64,000 bases of DNA. Source: a virus. Taxonomy: Duplodnaviria > Caudoviricetes. Position 1 is the stretch's first letter. Each line of letters starts with the position of its first letter. Under the pieces are notes generated by a model. That model was given only the letters and a program-made list of their open reading frames with translations. It was not told the origin of the DNA and searched no databases. Shown here in pieces: positions 44,290 through 54,216 of this stretch. The position numbers and the translations under genes were made by a program. Location: the IMG/VR virus record IMGVR_UViG_3300037851_000141, positions 160,001-224,000 of that record. One strand, given 5' to 3'.

Positions 44290-44718
44290 ATGTCAGAAGA
44301 AGTTAAGAAACAATCAAATCCAACTCCACCAGATGACTTAAAGTTGCGCGGATTAGATGCTTTAATGTCTGCGTCTCAAGGTTGGAAACAAATAGTATCT
44401 GGTAAGAAAGAAACTCGTCAAGAACGTATTATAAAAGAGAATCAAGAACTTTCTGCTGCTATTAAATCTGGTAAGAATCCAAATGAAGTACATGGTTATC
44501 GTCCTGGAGATGAAGAAACATATTCTGAAGTACCATCATCTCGTCAATTGAAAGAAAGCTATAAACAATCAGCAGCCAATAGAAAAGTATTTAACGGAAC
44601 TGCTGATCAGGTTGCTCTAAAAATGGTTGTGTTGTTTGAAAAAGAATCAAGAGTAAAGATTCTTAAAGTCGAGCAATCAGGATATAATACATTCAAGATA
44701 ACATATGAAGTTGGTTGA
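44290..44718 (+). CDS. putative virion protein
   Basis: IKE/LKES/LFE motifs. Confidence 0.6.
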   Translation: MSEEVKKQSNPTPPDDLKLRGLDALMSASQGWKQIVSGKKETRQERIIKENQELSAAIKSGKNPNEVHGYRPGDEETYSEVPSSRQLKESYKQSAANRKVFNGTADQVALKMVVLFEKESRVKILKVEQSGYNTFKITYEVG

Positions 44719-44722
44719 TTGA

Positions 44723-47710
44723 CTATAAATGTTCTGGTCGTTTATCTACAACATTATCAACTTGTTTCATATTTGATTTGACATCCCTTGCAGCTTGTTT
44801 TATCCCTGTTGATGGGAAGCTACCGTTTCTGCCAGTAGATTGCCAAGCAGCATCTAATCCAGCCGAAGCTAATTTAGATAATGTGTCAAATATTCCAGAA
44901 CCAGTATATCCGGCAACTTTTTTCAATCTGTTTAAGGCATTTTTAGCCGCAACTTTAAGATTAACAGAGCCACCAACGATTGTAGCTGGCGTTTTTCTCT
45001 TAACCATAGATTTTGTAGCAGGGTCAAATTTATAGTAATGTTTCATATTTGCTATATGTTTTTTTCTAATCATTTCAGAGTTAAAGTCATTACCAACTGG
45101 CCAAGATTCAATTATATCTGGGTTGAATCTGGCCGCCGCTAATGTTTCTATTGAATTTTGTAGATTCTTTTTCTGTTTATATGTAAGTATATCCCAATCG
45201 GCATTCTGATATTTTTCAATGTTTTCTCTGACATTTCTGAAATATTTTTTAACTGCTTCATCTTGGATTTTATCTTCACGTTGGTCTTGTTTTTTGTCTT
45301 CTGTTCCACTATATCCCCAACCACGATCATCTCTCCATTCAATATCGGCTGAGTTTAACTTATCTTCAATTGTTGCTGATGATTTCTTTGGTCTTAATTT
45401 TTCATTTTGAGATGGATTGCCAGCGAATGAAAGATATTCAAGTCCATTTTTAGAATTTAGAGCGGCAATAAGGCTACGACCAATGAATGTTTTTAAGTCA
45501 TCGCCAGTTATTGATTTAACTGCTTTAGGTACTTGTCCTTCTTTATCTGACCAGTATGGATTTTTCCCAATTTTATATAATTTATAACCAGCTTTGGATA
45601 ATTTATCTTCAACTGACGTATCATCCATAATCATATTTGATGTTGAAGGGTATGAATTTGATGCTAATGGATCTTCTTTTAAGTCAAGTTCTTGTTTTTG
45701 AGTCTTATCTACGCCAGCTACAACTTTATCTTGTTCTTCCATTTTTTGTTTATCGTTTAATAGTTGATGGGCTTTAAGTACCATTCTTCCATTTAATATA
45801 CCAACATCGGACAAGTCAAGTTTCTTATTTTCTGTAAGTTTTCTTGCCTCGTTAAGTTGTTCTTTTGGTTGAGCTACATATTCCCATTTTCCCAAATCAT
45901 CATCGTATGAAAATCCTGTTGTTTCCATAGCAGTTGATATCTGTTCAGGTCCAACAATAGGATCACCAACATCATCAGTCTTTATATAATCAAGATTTCC
46001 AAGAGCAGCAAGATAAGAACGACCAGTTAATGACATTTTGTTTTCATTTTTTGTATATAGTTGTTCGGGTATGGTCATGCTTTGATTGAGCCATACATTT
46101 TTATCTGAATACCAGTCATAAAGAAGGTTATTCATTTGTTCTAATACGTTTTCGGACGACATTACTGGAATCCATAGTGATTTTTCTTCGTCCAAGTTAA
46201 ACTTATTAGCCTCTTTTATATTATGAGCTAAAGCAAGAATGAATCTGGCTTGATAATCTTTTATTTTTTCAGTATCTTGTGGGTTTGATAGTGGGACGGT
46301 GATATATCCTAATCCATCTCCTGTTGCTGTGGTATTTCCAGTAGTTCTTATTGGTGTTGATTCTGGATCATTAGAAATAGCAGGTTTTGGTAATGAAGAG
46401 TCGCCATCAATTGATCTTTGGGTTTCAATTGGTGGTAATTCTGGTTTTTTTTCGGCATCTTGATTATCAGTTCCACCACCGCCACCACCAGCATTATCAT
46501 CTTTCTTTTTAGATACTTTAATCCATTTCTTAGATTCATCATCATATGTATATCCAAACTTATACATCATTTTTTCAATACCATAACGGTCAATTATATA
46601 CGCTTTACCACCGGGTTCTTTTTCAAGTGCTTTTTTTTGTTGGTGTTTGGATGCTAATACTTCTCTTGCTATTTGTATTTTAGAATAACGCTTCCATTTT
46701 TCAAGAAGGTTTGTATATTTTTCTGGAAGATCAAGATCGGCCATGTTATTATCAGTTTCATTGAAGAAATTTATAGCATGTGATGATATTGATATTCTTT
46801 CTTCTTTTGTCATTTCATCTGGATTATACCCCAATTTAGTTAAAGCTCTATTACATGCTTCATAACAATCAGAATATGTAAGGAATCTTGTTCGTCCGAT
46901 TGATTCTTTTAGTTCTTGAGTTTCATTTTCATTTTTTTCTTTTTTAGCTATTTTTATAATAATGTCTTCAAGTTCTTCTTCTGACATTGAATTTAGATCA
47001 TCGATATCATACCCATTATCTTCAAGAGTCCGAGCAAGATCACCCATAGGTCCACCCCATAGGTCTTCTTTAGCTTGTTGATATTTATTACGTTCTATGT
47101 CTTTCTGACGATATTCCCCATCTTGAGTCATCTGAACAGTCCAAGGTTTATAATTACTTACTTTTGGAGCAACCATAACAATAGCAGGATCACCATTTTT
47201 ACTTCCTATTTGAGCAACGCCATCACCCGTAGAAAGGTTATTTGGTACAGCGCCATAAACTCTTGTACCTTGGCGACTCTTACCACCAAGCATGCCATCG
47301 CCTAATCCACCATATCCTGGAGTTGATCCGCCACCAGTTGAGCCTCTACCAGCAACACTATATGCTAATCTTGAACCAGAGTTTGGACCATACCCAGCAG
47401 TAGAAAGCATAAACATATCAACATATTCTGATAACAATTCCATATTATCATTTTGGTGTTTATCGAATATAGAGTTGATTGCTGTATTTTTTTCTTCTTC
47501 AGTTAATTCGCCATAAACCGGGTGATTATATACGAAATGCTTTATTTTCTTCCAAGTATCATTTTCTTCCAAGTGAGAATTTGGAGTATTTGCGTAGACT
47601 GCTTTCATTTGTTCTTTAGCATCAGTTTCGGTGGCATGTGTACCTAAAACCTTACCAGAAACGGTTTCAACAGCCCATTTACCGTCTTTTTTTACGATTT
47701 TGTATGGCAT
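44723..47710 (-). CDS. large (995 aa) putative internal virion protein
   Basis: TATAAATA (minus) 47736-43, GGAG RBS; LEE/LKES/LNE/LTE motifs; repeated G-Y/F-x-Y-DD..KW units. Confidence 0.8.
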   Translation of the reverse strand: MPYKIVKKDGKWAVETVSGKVLGTHATETDAKEQMKAVYANTPNSHLEENDTWKKIKHFVYNHPVYGELTEEEKNTAINSIFDKHQNDNMELLSEYVDMFMLSTAGYGPNSGSRLAYSVAGRGSTGGGSTPGYGGLGDGMLGGKSRQGTRVYGAVPNNLSTGDGVAQIGSKNGDPAIVMVAPKVSNYKPWTVQMTQDGEYRQKDIERNKYQQAKEDLWGGPMGDLARTLEDNGYDIDDLNSMSEEELEDIIIKIAKKEKNENETQELKESIGRTRFLTYSDCYEACNRALTKLGYNPDEMTKEERISISSHAINFFNETDNNMADLDLPEKYTNLLEKWKRYSKIQIAREVLASKHQQKKALEKEPGGKAYIIDRYGIEKMMYKFGYTYDDESKKWIKVSKKKDDNAGGGGGGTDNQDAEKKPELPPIETQRSIDGDSSLPKPAISNDPESTPIRTTGNTTATGDGLGYITVPLSNPQDTEKIKDYQARFILALAHNIKEANKFNLDEEKSLWIPVMSSENVLEQMNNLLYDWYSDKNVWLNQSMTIPEQLYTKNENKMSLTGRSYLAALGNLDYIKTDDVGDPIVGPEQISTAMETTGFSYDDDLGKWEYVAQPKEQLNEARKLTENKKLDLSDVGILNGRMVLKAHQLLNDKQKMEEQDKVVAGVDKTQKQELDLKEDPLASNSYPSTSNMIMDDTSVEDKLSKAGYKLYKIGKNPYWSDKEGQVPKAVKSITGDDLKTFIGRSLIAALNSKNGLEYLSFAGNPSQNEKLRPKKSSATIEDKLNSADIEWRDDRGWGYSGTEDKKQDQREDKIQDEAVKKYFRNVRENIEKYQNADWDILTYKQKKNLQNSIETLAAARFNPDIIESWPVGNDFNSEMIRKKHIANMKHYYKFDPATKSMVKRKTPATIVGGSVNLKVAAKNALNRLKKVAGYTGSGIFDTLSKLASAGLDAAWQSTGRNGSFPSTGIKQAARDVKSNMKQVDNVVDKRPEHL

Positions 47711-47755
47711 CGAATATACTCCCTAAATCAAACAGTATTTATATATATTTTAGGG

Positions 47756-48040
47756 TTAACGAACAAGACGATCTAATAAATGTCCTAAATAGTTATCTTC
47801 TTCGGCTTTGTTTAGTAGGTCAATTACTGCTTTAATCCTATCTCGTTCAATTTCATCCATTTGATAAAATTTCATATTATCACCGAATTCCATTTGATAA
47901 TCTTCAAGTTCATCAGTATCATGACAGAATATAATTTCTCCGTCATTCTCAATCGCATACTTACAATTTATTGATTCTTCTAATGCTTCAACATCATGTA
48001 TTAGTAATAAATCAAGAGGTAAGCGTAGGTATGATTCCAT
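47756..48040 (-). CDS. hypothetical protein
   Basis: Likely start MESYLR after AAGGG RBS. Confidence 0.55.
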   Translation of the reverse strand: MESYLRLPLDLLLIHDVEALEESINCKYAIENDGEIIFCHDTDELEDYQMEFGDNMKFYQMDEIERDRIKAVIDLLNKAEEDNYLGHLLDRLVR

Positions 48041-48056
48041 CTTATTCCCTTGCTTG

Positions 48057-48782
48057 TTATTTATCACTTCCTTCAAGGAGGATTGCTTGTTTTTCTTTTT
48101 CTTGCTTTTGTTTTTGGGTGTTAATGTAATCATCTGTTATATCTTTCGTTAGGGTTATATCTATTTCGTAGACACCAGTTGGCCATTTAAGTTCCGTTAG
48201 ATTGAAGCTTACTTTTTGATTATCTACTATTAATTGTCCAGACATTTTTTCTGATAGTTGTCGGCGTCTAATTTCGTTGATTAAGAGTTTTAATGGAACT
48301 TCTTTAATCATATCTGTCATTGTCATAATAGGTTGTTCTTTTTTATCGGCATATTTTACTTGTTCAATTTTTCTATTTAAGATTTCATCTGGTACTTTTG
48401 GAGAATCTGTTGGTTTATTTTCTTTAGCTTTTTCAAGTCTTTCTTTTATTTTTGCTTTTCGTTCTAACATTGATTGATTTTCTTCTTCTTTTTTAAGGAT
48501 TGCTTCATTAGATGATATTTTTGGTTCTTCAATTTTCACAGTTGGTGCTGCCGCCTGAACCGACTCGTATATATCCTTAAATCTCTTAGTAAATTCATCA
48601 ATTGATATTTGTTTTTCATATACAACTGGTTTTTCAAGAAGAAACACTATATCGTTTTTATCGGTATCGGATATTGGTTCTACATAATCTACATAAATAT
48701 GGTCAGATTTATCATCAGGTTTTTTATCTCTATATACATCAATTATCTTAAATTGTTTGGCTATATATGGTTTGATGTTCAT
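48057..48782 (-). CDS. hypothetical protein
   Basis: Long ORF. Confidence 0.7.
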   Translation of the reverse strand: MNIKPYIAKQFKIIDVYRDKKPDDKSDHIYVDYVEPISDTDKNDIVFLLEKPVVYEKQISIDEFTKRFKDIYESVQAAAPTVKIEEPKISSNEAILKKEEENQSMLERKAKIKERLEKAKENKPTDSPKVPDEILNRKIEQVKYADKKEQPIMTMTDMIKEVPLKLLINEIRRRQLSEKMSGQLIVDNQKVSFNLTELKWPTGVYEIDITLTKDITDDYINTQKQKQEKEKQAILLEGSDK

Positions 48783-48997
48783 TCGTCAATCCCCCAACGT
48801 ATATAATGGTTGTTTTTATATAATACTAATGTTATACCAACAAAGTCAAGCCATTCTGTATTATTTTGTAATAGCTTGAGTAAGGCTTTTTCTTTTATCT
48901 GAATGAATGTATGTCCAGATAAGGTTCTTTTATTTATTTGAGTCGTGAGTTTAAGAATCTGCTCATGACCAAAAAATTCTTCTCTGCCAAGTTTCAT
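48779..48997 (-). CDS. hypothetical protein
   Basis: Operon-coupled ORF. Confidence 0.55.
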   Translation of the reverse strand: MKLGREEFFGHEQILKLTTQINKRTLSGHTFIQIKEKALLKLLQNNTEWLDFVGITLVLYKNNHYIRWGIDE

Positions 48998-49004
48998 TCC
49001 TATA

Positions 49005-49964
49005 TTATAACTGAAGTTCTAAAATTTTATCTACATAAGTTTGACATATCTTCTCAAGGTTTTCCATGTCTGTATAACCCAATCCACCAGCATGAGAGTG
49101 ACCACCACCACGAACATTAGAATTCATTACAAACTCTTCATTTATTTTACCGATATGGAAGTCTGGGGTTGTTATTTTCTTATTTGCTCTGATACTCACT
49201 CTTTTTAGTCGAGCATTAGCAAGAATCGCAACTTGATAACCCTTATTAACAAGCAAATAATCAGCGAGTTCATTTATTTCATCGGATTCGTCCTTCAATA
49301 TTACGAATGCCACCTTATTCTTATTTATGGGATCATCAGCTAAAAGGTCAGTTTCCTGTAAATTCTTTATATCGGATTTTATTTTACTCCATTTATCTTT
49401 TAGGAACGTTTTTTCATATTCAGTAAACCCATTGAAACCATTTTTATAACGTTCAATGAATTTCTCACCCCAATAATGATAAAATAGGAAGTTAAGATTT
49501 TTAGCCACTTTATTAGGCAGTTTATTTCTCCAGTTGTCGTAATCGTCAGCTATACGTGCCAAAGTTTCGACTTCTTTATTTTCATATCCATTCTTTTTCA
49601 TAAGTTCCTGGTAACATAATGTAGCACCGCATAATTTACCGGAAGTATCAACAATACAGTTTTTATATTGAGATAAGTGAGTTGCGGTGTCATGATGGTC
49701 AAAAAGCATTAGATTATCGGGAAAATCTTTAGCAACGTGTTCTTGAACTGAAATATCTGCTATTATTATTTCTTGGAATATGTTATTATTTAAGATTTGT
49801 TCAGTATATAGATCGACGTTGGTGTAAGTTTTAAATCCCACAGCATATTGGATATTTTTGCCGTATTTGTTAAGAAGATAATTGATTATTACGATTGCTG
49901 AACACCCACCGTCAAGGTCTTGGTGTGTGATGATCTTAAATGGTTTATATTTTGATGATGCCAT
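49005..49964 (-). CDS. DHH/DHHA1-family phosphoesterase (NrnB-like)
   Basis: THQDLDG, ADIS, FDHH, GGGHSHAGG. Confidence 0.88.
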   Translation of the reverse strand: MASSKYKPFKIITHQDLDGGCSAIVIINYLLNKYGKNIQYAVGFKTYTNVDLYTEQILNNNIFQEIIIADISVQEHVAKDFPDNLMLFDHHDTATHLSQYKNCIVDTSGKLCGATLCYQELMKKNGYENKEVETLARIADDYDNWRNKLPNKVAKNLNFLFYHYWGEKFIERYKNGFNGFTEYEKTFLKDKWSKIKSDIKNLQETDLLADDPINKNKVAFVILKDESDEINELADYLLVNKGYQVAILANARLKRVSIRANKKITTPDFHIGKINEEFVMNSNVRGGGHSHAGGLGYTDMENLEKICQTYVDKILELQL

Positions 49965-50000
49965 TGAAAAATTCCTTGACCTATTATATCAAGGAAGATT

Positions 50001-50306
50001 TCAATTACAAGTATTTTTAGCTTCCACGCACTTATTACATGGAAGTAAGGTAGCGCCACAGCCAGTACGATCTGTAGCTATTGCCATTGGTCTTCCATTC
50101 ATTAGCCCACGATATCCACCACATGGACCTTGAATAATTGGGGTGACTCCGTGTGGGGTGTCTCCAGTATATTGTGGACAAGCATGTAAATCGCCTATTC
50201 TTGCTACCGGAACACCGCAAACTGTCGCAATAGGATCGCCAGTTATAACGACTCCACCATGATCAGACATACAGCCTACAGTTATTATTGTATTTCCACC
50301 AGCCAT
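50001..50306 (-). CDS. PAAR-domain tail spike tip protein
   Basis: DHGG, PVARIGDLHACP, HG, PMAIATDRTGCGA. Confidence 0.88.
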   Translation of the reverse strand: MAGGNTIITVGCMSDHGGVVITGDPIATVCGVPVARIGDLHACPQYTGDTPHGVTPIIQGPCGGYRGLMNGRPMAIATDRTGCGATLLPCNKCVEAKNTCN

Positions 50307-50917
50307 TATTTATTTTCCTTTAATATATCTTCAATGCTTGGTCCAGTATCGTCTTTTTTATCTTCTTCAACCACAATAGGAAGATTATCCCAACCACCTT
50401 CATATACGTGTTTTTCAAGTCCAGACACAGCTTGATTTATTTCTTCTATTGCGTCTTTAAGTATTCCTTGTCGTCTTTCAACTGTTGATTTTACATATTC
50501 TTTTAGTTCTGTTATTTCTTTAGCTAAATTGGCAACCGGATTATCGCCCAATAAATTTTCTATTTCTGTTATTTTTTTAGCCACACGTTCAAGTTCTTCT
50601 TGTTCAACGGCTGGAGTTGATTCTAATATTTCTATAACTTTAGATTCAATAGTTTCTGGCAATCTTTGTATTTTGTCATTAAGTATAAGTATTGCTTTTT
50701 CAAGTTTACGAAAATCATTCTTCTCAGCAATTTCAACTTTTTTTGGTTCTTCTTTTTTAGGTTGAAATGTTGGATTATCGTTTACAGGTTCGAAAAAGTC
50801 ATATACTGTTCCTAAGTCACGCTCTGAGTAAAATACCTGTCCTGGAGGAACATTAATTCTTTTACCATTTACAGTTATTTGTTTATAGAACTTTGATTTG
50901 TTTTTATAATTTGGCAT
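50306..50917 (-). CDS. hypothetical coiled-coil protein
   Basis: Long ORF. Confidence 0.7.
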   Translation of the reverse strand: MPNYKNKSKFYKQITVNGKRINVPPGQVFYSERDLGTVYDFFEPVNDNPTFQPKKEEPKKVEIAEKNDFRKLEKAILILNDKIQRLPETIESKVIEILESTPAVEQEELERVAKKITEIENLLGDNPVANLAKEITELKEYVKSTVERRQGILKDAIEEINQAVSGLEKHVYEGGWDNLPIVVEEDKKDDTGPSIEDILKENK

Positions 50918-50924
50918 AGAATCC

Positions 50925-51686
50925 TTAGAACGAATAACTATATGTACTATTATTTATAAATTCTGTTGTTCTTCTCATTGATTCTGGTACACCCATATCA
51001 CTCCAATAACCAGTAAGTTGAGTAGATATCATATTCCCGATCTTGGCATAATGGTCGTTTATATGTGATATCTCAAGTTCTCCACGATCACTAACTTTAC
51101 ATTCTTCAGCTAACTTATAAACATCTGGTGTGTAAAAATATAAACCCGTGACAGCCAAATCACTCTCTGAGTTCTTTGGCTTTTCTACGATTTTTATAAC
51201 TTTGCCATCTTGGTCTACTGTAGCACAACCAAAACGAGTAATTTCTGAACCAACTGATTTTAAGAATACCTGTGCCTGTTTATCTCCATTCTTAAAATTG
51301 TTTACCTCTTTAGCGAATGATTCCTCGTAAAAATTATCACCCAATATAACTGCGAATTTTTGCTCTCCAGTATAGTTTTTACATAACTTAAGTGCGCTTG
51401 CGATTCCTATTGGTTTCTTTGGGTCGTGCATGGTCTGAATCTTATATGTAAAGTCTGCTCCAAAATTAGAACCATCACCAAGAGTTTCAACAATCAAACC
51501 AGCAGCTTCATCGGATGTTATTATGAGTATATCTTTTATTCCAGATTTTACCAGTGTATGAATGGGATAATAAATCATCGGAGTTGCACCCTGATGAGAA
51601 TACACAGATAAAAGATGTTTGTTGATAACGTTAGTTGCGGGTTTACAGCGAGTACCAAATCCACCAGCAAGTATAATTCCGCGCAT
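50925..51686 (-). CDS. rmlA: glucose-1-phosphate thymidylyltransferase-like sugar nucleotidyltransferase
   Basis: GIILAGGFGTR, KHLL, LGDN, EKP, RGELEI, WSDMG. Confidence 0.88.
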   Translation of the reverse strand: MRGIILAGGFGTRCKPATNVINKHLLSVYSHQGATPMIYYPIHTLVKSGIKDILIITSDEAAGLIVETLGDGSNFGADFTYKIQTMHDPKKPIGIASALKLCKNYTGEQKFAVILGDNFYEESFAKEVNNFKNGDKQAQVFLKSVGSEITRFGCATVDQDGKVIKIVEKPKNSESDLAVTGLYFYTPDVYKLAEECKVSDRGELEISHINDHYAKIGNMISTQLTGYWSDMGVPESMRRTTEFINNSTYSYSF

Positions 51687-51729
51687 AATAAATTCCTTTT
51701 GGTTGGAATCTATTATAACATCATTTATA

Positions 51730-51990
51730 TTATTTTTGTTTAATCTTGAATCTATTGCGGAACATTATAGCCAATCCACAATCGACCCAAGATTTAGCTG
51801 TTTCATTAAATCCAACATCATAACCGGCTTTTTGCGAGAGATAATACTTGTGGACATTCATCCATTCAATTTGTATTTTATTATATTCAGATAACGTTAA
51901 TTCAACTCGTTCAACAGTTTCATTCTTACAGATACATTTTTTACATTCACAATCTTGGTTAGTCTTAGTATCATCTTCAACCATGAACAT
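51730..51990 (-). CDS. DUF4032-like protein
   Basis: HKYYLSQKAGYDVG..A..W. Confidence 0.6.
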   Translation of the reverse strand: MFMVEDDTKTNQDCECKKCICKNETVERVELTLSEYNKIQIEWMNVHKYYLSQKAGYDVGFNETAKSWVDCGLAIMFRNRFKIKQK

Positions 51991-52032
51991 ATTTATATTT
52001 TAGAACGAAGAAATAAGAAATCAAGAAAAAAC

Positions 52033-52063
52033 TAAAGGCGACCAAATTAATGATCGCCTTTAG
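52033..52063 (-). terminator. terminator hairpin
   Basis: TAAAGGCGA/TCGCCTTTA. Confidence 0.6.
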
Positions 52064-52099
52064 CTGTGCTGTGTTTTCTCGACCTAAGTTTTTTATTTA

Positions 52100-52375
52100 T
52101 CAGCGTTTACGTGCGTCGGACTTATCACCCTTACCGACATTCTTATAGCCTTGTCCAGTTCCGGTTTCTTGGAATGGATGATTACGGTCGGCAGTTTGAA
52201 TGCCTTTACCAGCAGTACGGGCATCAGTCTTATCGCCTGAACCAACGTTTGAGTAGCCTTCATTGGTGCGAGGATGAGTACGGCAGCAATCCTTCTTCTT
52301 ATAGAAAGTTTCTTTGCGTTCTTCACCTAGACTTCCGAATGGTTTAGTGAAAGATGGGGTTTCTTTGGCTTTCAT
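52100..52375 (-). CDS. small basic protein with internal repeat
   Basis: GGAG RBS before 52375; GYSNVGSGDKTDAR / GYKNVGKGDKSDAR. Confidence 0.6.
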   Translation of the reverse strand: MKAKETPSFTKPFGSLGEERKETFYKKKDCCRTHPRTNEGYSNVGSGDKTDARTAGKGIQTADRNHPFQETGTGQGYKNVGKGDKSDARKR

Positions 52376-52376
52376 A

Positions 52377-53084
52377 TTATATCTCCTGATTGAGAGTAAT
52401 TTCATCATTATTTATATCAGCTTCATCACTTATTTTACAATCTTTTTTTATTCGCAATACTCGTAAATGTGTTTCAGGATTTTTACCATGAGTCTGAATC
52501 CAACCCTGTAACCAACGAATATATAGCTTTTTCTGTTCTGCTTCAAACTCTTTATGATTCTCAGTTTTACAAGACCAATTATACATTAATTCATCTTGAT
52601 CTAATTTAATAGGGAATTGTCCAAAAGCATGTGTATATTTTTGTTTATCTTCAATCAAACACATTGCTGAAATAAATGCCCATGCTGCTCTATCCATATC
52701 AGTATATCTATCAACTTTTACAATAGCTTCTCTAAATTGCGCCCAAGAATCCAAATAGTTTATATAATATTTTTCACCACTTAGCCCAACTCCACGAACA
52801 ACATGAGTGCCACCACCAGGAATTAGATATCTACCGTCTTCCTTCCAAATTATAGGTTCACCAGCTTCGTTTATTGGTACTATTGGATAATCAAAGTTAG
52901 GAATATAAACCCCAATATGTATTTCAATAATGGGATCTTCTGGATTATTTTCGTATTTAGGTTTTCCATGAAGTAAACATTCTATTTGCTCCAGACACAC
53001 TTTTTTACGTGAATCTGAATCAAAAGTAAATGTTCCATCTTCTATTCGATCAAGAGCATAACGAGCTAATGTCCGTGGTTTCAT
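52377..53084 (-). CDS. hypothetical protein
   Basis: Long ORF. Confidence 0.7.
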   Translation of the reverse strand: MKPRTLARYALDRIEDGTFTFDSDSRKKVCLEQIECLLHGKPKYENNPEDPIIEIHIGVYIPNFDYPIVPINEAGEPIIWKEDGRYLIPGGGTHVVRGVGLSGEKYYINYLDSWAQFREAIVKVDRYTDMDRAAWAFISAMCLIEDKQKYTHAFGQFPIKLDQDELMYNWSCKTENHKEFEAEQKKLYIRWLQGWIQTHGKNPETHLRVLRIKKDCKISDEADINNDEITLNQEI

Positions 53085-53115
53085 AAACTATATTATACCA
53101 CGAACAAAAAAAATA

Positions 53116-53325
53116 TTACGCTCGATTCTCAAGTTCTCGAATATAAGTGATGTACCAAGTCATTGACCAACGAGGTTCTTCACAGCTATAGTCTGCGGTT
53201 TCTCTCGCTCCAGCAATTAACTGACGAGCAAGTTTCTTATCCGTCTTATATTTATCTTTGATTTTCTTAATGAGTTTTTCAGTTTCCAAACCCATTTTTT
53301 CAAGTACGTGAGCCATGATAGTCAT
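53116..53325 (-). CDS. hypothetical protein
   Basis: GGAAGGA RBS. Confidence 0.6.
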   Translation of the reverse strand: MTIMAHVLEKMGLETEKLIKKIKDKYKTDKKLARQLIAGARETADYSCEEPRWSMTWYITYIRELENRA

Positions 53326-53529
53326 CCTTCCAAAGTTGAATATAACCTTTTTGGTGAGACTACATTATATATACCATTTTTTATTTAGCAAGAACTTTTT
53401 TATTTGGCACGAAATTTTCTGATGAATCTTACATAGTTTAGAACATATTACTGAAAAGTTTATATAAAAATGATAATTTCAGTAAATCTAAACAAATTTG
53501 ACATCTATTTAAGAAAGGAGTATGTCAAA

Positions 53530-53898
53530 ATGCTATACTTAACCCCTTATCGTTCTCTTTTTGACCGTCTTTTGGATGAATTCTGGACCGAAGACGTTTA
53601 TTCTAAGCGAGTTAATGGAGAATTATTGGTGTACGTCAACGATCAGCTTGTTAAACGCACCTTAAAAGATGGTACAGTTGAATGGTACAAATCTGGTCGT
53701 TTACATAATGAGTCTGGTCCTGCTGTTCAATCAAAAGCTGGCGATGAATACTGGCTTAATGGTCGGCAAGTTTCTAAAGATGAAGTTGAAAAATATAAAC
53801 AGAAACTTGAGGACGAAAAGAAGATTGATTATAAACTTAGTCTGACAAAAGCAGAACGAGAAAAGATTGAATCTGCTTTAGGTCGTAAATTAGAATAG
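53530..53898 (+). CDS. hypothetical protein with WY..G.LH...GPA repeat unit
   Basis: AAGGAG RBS; EWYKSGRLHNESGPAV. Confidence 0.65.
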   Translation: MLYLTPYRSLFDRLLDEFWTEDVYSKRVNGELLVYVNDQLVKRTLKDGTVEWYKSGRLHNESGPAVQSKAGDEYWLNGRQVSKDEVEKYKQKLEDEKKIDYKLSLTKAEREKIESALGRKLE

Positions 53899-53906
53899 TC
53901 AAAAGA

Positions 53907-53940
53907 AATGGGGTGAGAACTAAAAGCCTCACCCCATTTT
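53907..53940. terminator. bidirectional terminator
   Basis: AAATGGGGTGAG/CTCACCCCATTT between convergent genes. Confidence 0.75.
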
Positions 53941-54196
53941 ACTTAGGTTTAGTTTCTGATATCTGACCTAAAATAAGTGCCGCATTTATTTGTCTCATAT
54001 CCACTTCATATCCAAATTTGGCACATAATGCTTTTCTTAGGTCTTCCATTTGATTTTGTTTGCTAAATCCCATATATACCGTTGTATCCAATTGGTAAAA
54101 TTCGTTGTCATCAAGATAAACTGGACGATAATTTCCATCTGGTCTTTGTTGTTCTGGTCCTATACGGAATTTTAGCATATTTGATATCCTTTTCAA
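53939..54196 (-). CDS. hypothetical protein
   Basis: ORF with AAGGA RBS. Confidence 0.55.
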   Translation of the reverse strand: MKRISNMLKFRIGPEQQRPDGNYRPVYLDDNEFYQLDTTVYMGFSKQNQMEDLRKALCAKFGYEVDMRQINAALILGQISETKPK

Positions 54197-54216
54197 TATT
54201 ATATCAGATTATTATA

